DNA of 64,000 bases, taken from Macrostomum hystrix (Eukaryota > Animalia > Platyhelminthes). The position numbers were made by a program, and so were the translations under genes. The stretch spans positions 3,038,001-3,102,000 of the forward strand of contig CATNEN010000034.1 in NCBI GenBank assembly GCA_950097015.1, read 5' to 3'. The notes beneath the pieces were generated by a model. The model saw only the letters and a list, made by a program, of their open reading frames with translations, was not told the DNA's origin and did no database searches. Of the stretch, positions 49,701 through 60,635 are shown piece after piece (the stretch's first letter is position 1; the number at the start of each line of letters is the position of its first letter).

Positions 49701-52700
49701 CGTTTGAGTCGCTTGAGAAGCGTTTGAGTCGTCATAGAAGCGTTTGAGTCGCTTGAGAAGCGTTTGAGTCGCTTGAGAAGCGTTTGAGTCGCTTGAGAAG
49801 CGTTTGAGTCGCTTGAGAAGCGTTTGAGTCGTCATAGAAGCGTTTGAGTCGTCATGGAAGCGTTTGAGTCGTCATAGAAGCGTTTGAGTCGTCATAGAAG
49901 CGTTTGAGTCGTCATAGAAGCGTTTGAGTAGTCAGAAGCGTTTGAGTCGTTTGAGAAGCATTTGAGTCGTCTCAGAGTAGCGTTTGAGTCCATAAAAACT
50001 CATCTTTAACACAGCTTGTCACGGTACAGTTCTCATGGGGGTATGTACGAGTATTAAAAGTTTAGTTTTGCAGTAAAAGCCAACTTTTCGCATAAGGTTT
50101 TGTAGTTTACTTTTTTTATTTGAAAAAAGCAACATTTAACACTCGACGAAGCAAAAATCGAAGCGCGAGCAAACCTTTGAGATGGGCTGAGCCCGTATCC
50201 GTTCAGACAGCTGCTCGCAATCTTCCCGCAGCCGGTCTAGTTCAACCCGATTAGCGGCTAGCTCCGCCTCCTTCAAGGGCAAAGCGGACTCCAGCTGACG
50301 ACGCCGATCGCGCTCCCGCTCGAGCTCCTTTTCAATACGGTCGGCCCGCTCTTGCAGCTCCTGCAGATCCTGTAAGAGCCAGTGAGAATAACTCTCTTTT
50401 GAGCAGCTCACACAGTTCTGCAAACATTTGCCCCTAGCCTTAACTCATTCTACCCAAGCACCAATGGATTCATCGATTGATTCTACCCAAGCTCCACAAG
50501 ATTCTACCCTAGCTCCACAAGATTCTACCCTAGCTCCACAAGATTCTACCCTAGCTCCACAAGATTCTACCCTAGCTCCACAAGATTCTATCCAAACTCC
50601 ACAAGATTCTACCCTAGCTCCACAAGATTCTACCCTAGCTCCACAAGATTCTATCCAAACTCCACAAGATTCTACCCTAGCTCCACAAGATTCTACCCTA
50701 GCTCCACAAGATTCTATCCAAACTCCACAAGATTCTACCCTAGCTCCACAAGATTCTACCCTAGCTCCACAAGATTCTACCCTAGCTCCACAAGATTCTA
50801 CCCTAGCTCCACCCGAGTCTACCCTAGCTCCACCTGATTCTACCCTAGCTCCACAAGATTCTACCCTAGCTCCATCTGAGTCTACCCAACCGTATAATAT
50901 TGCAAACCTGCTGCAATCGCTGAGTGGGAACCGCTCGGTCCTTCCACTGTTGCAGCTCCTCAGACGCAGCCTTAGCCTCATCCTCAGCCTGTTTAAGCTT
51001 CTGGTTCTGCCTGATCATTGCCGACTCATTCAGCCTGTCAATAATGTGTAAGCCTTCGGTGCCGTGCTGCAGGAAGTAAGCGTAGCCCTCCTCCTGGATG
51101 CGCAGAATGTCGCCCAGGCTAGCCGAGGCGGCGCAGTCGGCCGGCTGAAGCAGGGCGCGCTCGAATTTGTTCAGAGCTTCGTTGCGCTCGTCCAGCCGAT
51201 CGCACAGGTAGTCAATTAGGCCCAGCACTAGGGGCCAATTGTGCGGTGTATTTGGCGAGCCTAGCACCTATGAATAACAGATTGAGTAGCATTTTCCCAT
51301 AGCCCTGATTCTTTAATGATTGAACCTGACACTTACCCCACAGCCCCGATTCTTTAGTGATTGAACCTGACACTTACCCCACAGCCCCGATTCTTTAGTG
51401 ATTGAACCTGACACTTACCCCACAGCCCCGATTCTTTAATGATTGAACCCGACACTTACCCCACAGCCCTGATTCTTTAATGATTGAACCTGACACTTAC
51501 CCCACAGCCCTGATTCTTTAATGATTGAACCTGACACTTACCCCACAGCCCTGATTCTTTAATGATTGAACCTGACACTTACCCCACAGCCCTGATTCTT
51601 TAATGATTGAACCCGACACTTACCCCACAGCCCTGATTCTTTAATGATTGAACCTGACACTTACCCCACAGCCCTGATTCTTTAATGATTGAACCCGACA
51701 CTTACCCCACAGCCCTGATTCTTTAATGATTGAACCTGACACTTACCCCACAGCCCTGATTCTTTAATGATTGAACCTGACACTTACCCCACAGCCCCGA
51801 TTCTTTAATGATTGAACCCGACACTTACCCCACAGCCCTGATTCTTTAATGATTGAACCTGACACTTACCCCACAGCCCTGATTCTTTAATGATTGAACC
51901 CGACACAACCCACAGCCCTGATTCTTTAATGATTGAACCCGACACAACCCACAGCCCTGATTCTTTAATGATTGAACCTGACACTAACCCCACAGCCCCG
52001 ATTCTTTAATGATTGAACCCGACACTTACCCCACAGCCCTGATTCTTTAATGATTGAACCTGACACAACCCACAGCCCTGATTCTTTAATGATTGAACCT
52101 GACACTTACCCCACAGCCCTGATTCTTTAATGATTGAACCTGACACTTACCCCACAGCCCAGATTCTTTAATGATTTAACCTGACACTTACCCCACAGCC
52201 CTGATTCTTTAATGATTGAACCTGACACTTACCCCACAGCCCAGATTCTTTAATGATTGAACCTGACACTTAACCCACAGCCCTTATTCTTTAATGATTG
52301 AACCTGACACTTACCCCACAGCCCTGATTCTTTAATGATTGAACCTGACACTTACCCCACAGCCCTGATTCTTTAATGATTGAACCTGACACTTACCCCA
52401 CAACCCTGATTCCGAAGTAACAGAGTCAAGAATCTTTACCATTGACCACAGGTACATATTGTCTATTGAAATAGGATCACAAACCTGCTTCCCCAGTGTG
52501 TAAGGATAGCCCAGGCACTCAATCTGGCTGTGTAGGTGCTCGGCCCGCTGCTTAGTATCCGCATGTGCATTAGCCAATGTTAAGTCTTGTGCCAGGCTAA
52601 TTAAGGACGCAATGAAGCCTTCTAGCACAGTATAGATTTCCTTCAATGTCCAGATTGACCTGGGCTGTAGGGAGCTCTGACACAGAGATGGCAAGCCTAG

Positions 52701-52931
52701 GCATCCGATAGCTAATGTTACGCGCGTCACCACGGATTTCTGCCAGGCGCGATCTTTCAAATTTCGTGGATCTTTCTCCGGCTGCTGGCGCGAATTGCCA
52801 GGCGTGGCACTGCTGGGCAAGAAGCTGCTCTTTCTGGCGCCTAGAACGCCCATGGGTCGACTGCGGCGTGTGTGATCTGACTGCTGCTGCTGCTGCTGCT
52901 GCTGCGGTCTCGGCAAAGCAGAGCGTTTCAT
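46711..52931 (-). CDS. NDC80: Kinetochore protein NDC80/HEC1 (exons 52931-52485, 51267-50908, 50369-50175, 49213-49073, 48963-48664, 47193-46711)
   Basis: Basic N-terminal tail, KDPRNLKD, LGYPYTLGK|..GSPNTPHNWPLVLGLIDYL (the HEC1 CH-domain LGYP...PHxWP signature), then long coiled coils including IRAQPIS. All introns are GT-AG in phase 0. Confidence 0.88.
47250..48630. repeat. 31-bp minisatellite GATCCTTCATGGGACCTGAGCCTCTCCTGAT
   Basis: NDC80 last intron. Confidence 0.96.
49405..49990. repeat. 20-bp minisatellite AGAAGCGTTTGAGTCGTCAT
   Basis: NDC80 intron 3. Confidence 0.95.
50445..50890. repeat. 21-bp minisatellite CAAGATTCTACCCTAGCTCCA
   Basis: NDC80 intron 2; source of the APQDSTL ORF. 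Confidence 0.95.
51300..52410. repeat. 41-bp minisatellite CCTGATTCTTTAATGATTGAACCTGACACTTACCCCACAGC
   Basis: NDC80 intron 1; period 41 (51341, 51382). Confidence 0.96.
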
Positions 52932-55900
52932 TCTATTTCTATGTGACTGCTGTTTTCTGAAGAATTGTAAAAGCTTATCTCACTAAATTGACAGTTTACC
53001 CAGTTTCTAAGCTACCAATTTGGACATTAAGTTTATGACGGCATAAAATGATGGTCTGATATTTCAAGCATAAAAGAGTGCCAATGTAATGTATCGAATA
53101 GTAAAGTGTGTCACAAATAAACTCTGTAATATTAGAGCTTACTTGGGTAAAGTAGTTCACTTAATAAACAAAAAATAAATGTAATAATCAACATACTAAT
53201 AAATTTCTTTATAACAATGCATGTCGTCCTGCACTGGACATCTTCAGGGCGAAATTTCTAAATTAATGTAATAGTCCAAAATTTTTTCGCTTCCTGTGTT
53301 TTAAAACAATGAAATGTGCCTTTATTTAAATAAAACAGGCTAATATTAAACTGCAGCTGCTTAAGTAAAATAAAAAGATATTTTTCAATGAAAAATCTGC
53401 TATATATAGCAGATATAGCAAATGTGTATATTTCTACATGTAGGAGTTTTATTTTAAAGTTTTCCATAAGTAGTAAAGGTGATTCATTATTCTGAACCTG
53501 CCTTTGTTTGGAATTGGATGAATCACATAGCTATCACTTTCCTTAAACTCTGAAGTCAGATAAGTAAGGGTTAGATAAGTAAGGGTTAGATAGCTTAATA
53601 AGTTTCTTAAACTTCAGAGTTTAATGGAAATAATAAGGAAAGTGGGCATAAAAGCACTTTCAATAGGAAATTAAGTAACTACTTAGCTAAATTATAGGGA
53701 AGTAAGAGTGAGCTAGTATTAAAAGTTGCTGTAAATGCCAACATGACAAGATGAAGTTGCCATATTAGTTTTGTAACCATTGGCATCAAATACCTACTTA
53801 TCAAAAAATCCTTTCCTAGACTAGAGCCAGGCCTTTGGTGTGGTGAATGTGCCTTACTCAGGCTAGTTAAATGATTAAGATTAAATGGATATATGGTTAC
53901 CAGCTGGACATGTGGTCCAGACTGATTGTCTAGTGCTAATAGCATTTTGACTGAATCATCTGATAGCTACTCTCATAAGAAAAAGTATTAAAAAGCTTTA
54001 TTTTAAGGCAAAATGTTTATGATGCATCAAATCCTAATAATTTTTTTACTAATTGACTGCATATTCAGCTAGGTAGGCCCAGTTAGGTCTATTCTATATT
54101 GCAACTATAAAGTTTGTGTATTAGCTTAACTAGCTAAATTTGTTTCGCTATGCATATGTTCTGGAGTATAGACCAGAATTAGGAATAGTTTACTTGTATT
54201 TGTAATACAGTTCTGTTCTTGTGTAGTAGGGCCTAATAAGCCGAAGGCAGCTATTTATTAACCTGTTAATTAGCCAAACTTGTTCCAAACAGTGCATTTG
54301 TGAGTTGTAACTAAAATAAAGCAAATGACCAAGATTATTAATAGATAGGTATGAATATCTAAAAGGAAGAAATATGTATTATGTAGCCAGAACCTAAATA
54401 GTTACTGCTATCTAAAAAGACTGATTGTTAGATTAGGTAGGTAAAACATATAGCTTTAACCAGTTTTAATGTTTGTGCAATCTGCCTTGCTGTCTTCTAA
54501 TTACCTGTCACTCTGTTTACCTAGCTGTACATCTTAGTTTGTGTTACCTTGCATGTTTTACATACTAAGTGTATGCAATTTCACCACCACCCCTAATTCC
54601 CAGAATCCCAGGGCACATGCCTACCACATAGTTTTGTATGGCACCTCTCTCAGCATGAGAGGGTGTCACTGCTGCTCAATTGTCAATTTTGGCAGAATGG
54701 ATCACTTTTTATCAATGACTTTGTATCAATTATCAGAGCACCTAGAAATTGATGCAAAGGATTTGGCTGCAGAGGAAAGTGCTTCAGGACCAGAGGCAAC
54801 AAGATCATGAAGATTCTGCATAGTAGAAAGACATCATCATGGCAACCAACCAAAGCTTCCAAGCTGAGTTGACCAGCTGCTCAAGACAGCTGCTAGTGGA
54901 GGGTCAGCGACAGAGCAGATCAACACCAGCAGGATGAAGCTTGCTGCAGCTACTGGACCTGATGATGAGGACATAGAGGCAGAGATTCAGGTGGCATAGC
55001 AGTGCATCTAACTACTTCAGCTGAGGCAGGAGAAAGCTGCCCTATGTTCTGAGCTTGAGTCCCGCATAGCAACACTGCAGCCAGCCAGACCAGGGTGAGT
55101 GGCAATCAATTCTTAGCACCTTGCTGTTGAAAAATGACATTTACTTTATATAGTATATAAATAGGGCCTAATATGTATGCACTGCCAAAAATTATTTTGC
55201 AGCCTAAAATTGCTTATGGCATAAGAAGCTTTTTTACTCAGCAGGAAATGTGGTGATTTTCGACTTTCCCACTCTAAATTATTTTAGGCCCCTACTTGCC
55301 GGAAATGTTTTTCTAGCTTGCAAATGCCACTTTAAACAAGTGCAGCAGCACTTGTTCAATTCATTTTTTATTTTGCATCTGCACCTGCATGCATCTTGTA
55401 TACTAGGCCTAATACATGTAAGATAGGCCTATGCATGGATATTGCAGCCATGCTAGTAGGCCTAAGTTTCAGCATTTTCTTGATTTTTGTTGCTTTTGCT
55501 TTCTTTACTTTTTGACCTCAAAATGTAAAAACAAATCTTCTAGGAAATAGCCGAAATACATAATAAATTTGAATAATATCTTAATTAGAAGAAGCAACCT
55601 GTAAATAATAATTCAATTAAATATTGTTGAATGAGCTTTATTAGGCTATAGCATAATTCAGTTATTTCATAATATACTGCATAATGAAGTATAGGCCTAT
55701 GGAAATATATGAATTTATATTATATATATATAATGTATATTTTGAAGATTTGAATCAGTACAATTGTTGGAGCTTTTTAATACATAGCTATAGGTCACGT
55801 CGTGAAGCATTTAGCGTGCTCCGAAACCAACCAACGGGACGCCACTTTATGTACGCTTCACTGCCGTCCAGACGCAGACGGCAGCCTATAGGGTGATACA

Positions 55901-58028
55901 CGTGCTGATGGTACAGTTAAAAATAAACATTAGGCCTTCGCAGCTTGCTGTTAAACGCCATAACCAAATAACAAAAAAAATTTCCTTTTACTTGGAAAAT
56001 GCACGCTTAATGTGTTTCTGTGCTCTATTTTTGCTTTTTTATGAGCAATAATTTAAACATTACAATAGAGCTAAATTCTTTATTAAAAATCGTACGCGGT
56101 GATACGTGGTGAAACAACTAGACGAATTAAATAAAACCACGCAACTATAAAACCATGAAAAAAAATCTGTGAAAAGTAGGCAATGTCTCGGCACTAAGGC
56201 ATTTTAACTAACCACAATGATCTTAAAACGCCCTTGACTACACAATTCTCAATAAGATTAAAAATGCTCCTCATCAGAAAAAGGACAAAGTGAGATGCGG
56301 CAAGGAGCATTTTTTGACCCACTGTGGTACTCATCCCAGATTTCCCATAGTCGAGCCTCCTTGATCTTGGAGTGGTGTGTCTTTGTCTTTTGCTAGTACA
56401 GTACGAGGTAGCAAGCCTAGTGGCATATCCGTATCTAGGACACTAGGCTTTGTGGTAGGAGTCAGGAATAAATCCTAGCCTCCTACAAAAGCAATAGGAA
56501 AAGCTTGTAGGTCTGCTGTCCCAATGACCCAACCATGCTTCTTGGTTCACTCGATGGTGATACTTATACTCTAGTGTGAGCAGATTTAGTCATATTGTCA
56601 TTATAAAGTGTTCAATCTATTTTTAAAACAGATGATTAAATATGTGAAATTCAAGCCTAGCCTGTCTGGGCTAGCCAGGTGGACAGACACCTACCACCAC
56701 CCCATCAACTATACCCCTGGGCTGGAGCCCTAGCCAATCAGATTGCAATCTAGCCTTGTTGAATTTCTTCCCTAGCAAGAAGACTATCCTGAGGCTATAG
56801 AAAGTGGCCATAGGTCTAGGCCTAGGCCCCTACCTACTGCAATTCCACACACACACCAGGCTCAAGCTGCCAGCCTATCTGTCTACTCTTCAAGTTATAT
56901 ATCTTTGCATTGCATTTTAAATTGGATTGTGTAGATCACAATTGTGAACATTGACATTAACATTAAATTTATCATCAATATTCATCTCTGCTGCTGATAT
57001 TGAACCAATTGGTTGGACACTGACCCTAGGCCTAGTGAGTAGGCATTTAGTATCTAGCTTTTAATCCTCTAAATGTTCCAAGTAGGTTTGTCTAAGACTA
57101 TTTGTCAAGTATTACCTTAACCTTTAGGACCATTGTTAATTTGTATACTTTGACAATACTTGCTAATTCTTTCTTTATTCTAGATAGGACTCTGCAGCCA
57201 TATAGGCCCTACTGACCACATAGTGGTAGAATTCAAGCAGTAAGAGCATGTGGGACAAGTCATAAATTTTAGCAGTACCATAGGCCTACAAAGTTTTACA
57301 AAGAACTTTTGCAAAACTTTTACAAAGCACACAATCTAACTAGCCAATCAATTTAGCCAGGTACTAGTTCTTAAGGCCATCAAACAAGCAATCAACTCAC
57401 AATGATACACAAAGGGATGAAAAAGTATGTAAAAATCATGCAACCATGCAAATATAGGCTTTCTCATTTTTTGATGGTAGGCCTATTATAAACAGGTCTC
57501 TATTTGCATTGAATTGAATTTTTGTTTGATGTACATTCCTGTGATGATCAACATTTTACATTGCCAGTTTATATTATACCCACACTGGCTATGTGATTGA
57601 CTACTTTGGAACTTAGCTTTAATTTGCAATGGAAGATGTGTCTATTAAATATGTCCAACTTGGCTTTTTTATTACTATGTGTTTTTACTAAACTTTCTAT
57701 CCATTGTTACTAAATTGACCACTGTTACATTTTCAGTTACCTTGTTATTGCATTGTCCATGTGAGAGATACAATTCAGACTACTGACAACAGTAGAAAAG
57801 CAAAGACTTGGCTGCAAAAACTCTCACTTCTATACATCTTTGAAGTCTTGACCTACATAAAATTGCAACAAAAAAGTTTGGCCTAGCCCTAGGCCCTAGC
57901 AGATGTAGCTAGCTATTTCTCAATCTATGAATTGCAAAGTTGCCAGAATATTTATTTAAAATGACAAAATCAACTTTTAGTTTGGCAGTGCTAGCTTTTC
58001 CTTTATTTTAAACTATGTGAAACTTGTA

Positions 58029-59341
58029 CGAGGGTTGTTCAGAAAGTTCGTGGACAAACTTGAAAAAAACTGTAACTGCATACATATATTAAAACATTAG
58101 TTGTCAACCTTCTCAATATACATGCCCTTGAGGCAGACACACTTGTGCCATCACTCTGGCAGCTTCTCAATTCCAGCAGCGAAAAATTCTCTGGGGGTCC
58201 CTCTGACCCACTGGCTAATGGCAGAGGCCATGGCCTGTACACTACTGTACCGGTGACCTCGGAGGGATTCCTTCATCTGCCAAAACAGCCAGTAGTCGCT
58301 AGGTGCTAGGTCTGGCGAGTACAGTGGATGCGGCAGCAGCTCGAAGCCCAGGTTGGCGATGGCAGCCATTGTTGCCTGACTGGTGTGAGGCCTGGCATTG
58401 TCCTGCTGCAGCAAGATCCCCCTGGTCAGCTTGCCACGGCGCTCACTCTTGATGGCTTCACGCAATTTCTGCAGCACTTGGATGTAATAAGCACTGTTGA
58501 TGGTAGTGCCTCATGGAAGCCAGTTGATGAGCAGAATGCTCTCTTTGTCCCAGAAGACGGTGGCCATCTGCTTGCCAGCTGATGGTACAGTCAGGGCCTT
58601 CACTGGGGCAGGTTCATCAGCTGTCTTCCACACGTTGCTTTGTTTCTTGGACTCCGGTTCGCTATAGTGGAACCATGACTCGTCTCCTGTCACAATTCGG
58701 TCCACAAAATTCGGATCATTGCGGTAAGCCTGCAGGAGCTGCTGACATGCACGGACCCATTCGCGCTGCTGGTCATCTGTCAGAAGCTTCGGAAAACCCA
58801 GCTAGCGACAACCCGTGACATCCCAAGCTCGGCTGTGAGAATCCCATGGACTGCTGTCGGTGAGATACCCACTATCTCTGCCAGTTTACGTATTGTGACC
58901 CGACGGTCGACATCCAATGCCTGGCGTACACGCTCGATGTTAAACTTGTTGACCGTGGTGGCCGGCCTTCCACTGCGTGGCAGATCTTCGACTGTCTCCC
59001 AGCCTTCCTGAAAGCGCTGTACCTACTTGCTGACCATTGTCTTCGAAGGGGCATCTTCCCCATATGCCTCTTGTAACTCGCGGAGAATGTCGGCTTGATG
59101 CTTCCCTTGCCTCCACAAAAACCAAATGACACTTCGCTTGGCTTCTTCGTTATTTTGCATAGTGTCAAAATCAGTGGGTAACGAAAAAGATTGCTGTGAA
59201 AAAATGCATTGAGCAAATTTGAGCGCAGTAGCTTTAAAAAGTGGGATGTATTTTTTGACTATGGCCAATAGTATGATAGCTACACAGCCTTTTGCTTAGT
59301 AGAAAATTGAGTTTGTCCGCGAACTTTCCGAACAACCCTCG
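58029..59341 (-). mobile_element. Full-length mariner transposon (about 1.31 kb; TIR resembles the irritans/Hsmar2 type)
   Basis: 32-bp TIRs CGAGGGTTGTTC(A/G)GAAAGTTCG(T/C)GGACAAACT with 2 mismatches; TA TSD at 58027-58028 and 59342-59343. Confidence 0.93.
58097..59160 (-). pseudogene. Mariner transposase (DD34D), inactivated
   Basis: HTH...EDLPRSGRP, WVPKLL (with a 2-nt insertion), TGDESW, QDNARPH, YSPDLAPSDY with 34 residues between the last two Asp. Premature stops at ~59023, ~58511 and ~58151. Confidence 0.92.
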
Positions 59342-60635
59342 TAAAAGTAAAAGTTATAACCACAGAATACATTCAGTGTATTCTGTGGTTATAACTATTT
59401 TTACCATCTTGAGTTGCCAGTATTTTAAACTGTAATAACTATCTGGGCTATAATTTTGGTATGATTTGATTTTTATATTACTAAATATTAGTAGCTGTAG
59501 CTACAATCAGAAGAAAATGGCATAGTCAGGTTTTTTGTCTAGAGCTGTTATCCAAGTAGCTTGCTATATTTTTAACACAATAGCCTATTGGGGTAGTTCC
59601 CTAAGTTTTACTTGGAAATGAGTAATCATGGTTGTTTGGTGTCATAATCTGCTATTTTAGGGGGGTCATTATACCTTTCATAGGTCTATGACTTGTGATT
59701 ACCACAATTTGACTGCTAGACTTTTGACTAGCAGTAAATTTTAACTACTGAATTGTAGCATTTGGCTCCAGGGGGATCTAGGCTCCAAAACAGCATACAC
59801 AAAATGGTCAAACTTAAAAAGTGCACTTCACCACCCTATTCTCCAATTGAGTGCCCCCCAAAATACCTATTTGACATTCTTAGAAACAATTAGGCACCCT
59901 TTTGTGGCCCCTCAAAAAATGTATATGTCACTCAGCACTGCACACAAATTCATAGAATATTACATTCTGTGTAGGCAGTAGACAGAACATATATCTATAA
60001 AATATGTTCTGTGCTATATGCTATGTGTAATATTCTGTGCCCAAACCGTTAGTGTTGGTCTCAGGTAATTTCTGCAAAAATGTGGCCCTTATGTAGGAAA
60101 AGAACCTAGCAATGTATTACTGATCGCCAATGCAGTGCCTTCAGTGCCAATTTTTTTGGCATTTTTTGCCAAATTTAAATCGGAACATAGGACAAAGTGT
60201 GAAATGAAGCTTTTTCCACAAAGAATAATCTTCAAGATTTTAGTTATCCTGCCAGGTATAATAAAATTCAGTCCAGCGGCAGTCAAAAGTGTCTCAGTCA
60301 AAATGTGCAAGTTAAGAATTTGGTGCTCAAGCATTAAGCAAACTTTGCATCTGCTACTTTCGCATTGGAAGTCTTCACCTATAGAAACTGCCCAATCTTA
60401 GAATGCAAATTAGAATATGTTACTATGCTACTAATACAAGCAACAACCACGCATTCTTTGTTACTCTATGGCCAGAAGGTCGATTTTACACAGCCGGCTT
60501 AACATGGGTCCAACCAATGAGCATTCTAAAAAATCAATACGTGCAGATGCAAAAGGTTATTTTGCCATTTCAGTCTTCATTCGGCAATTAGATAAAGCTG
60601 TTTTTAAGTCCGCAAAGAGCTTCATTAGATAAGCG

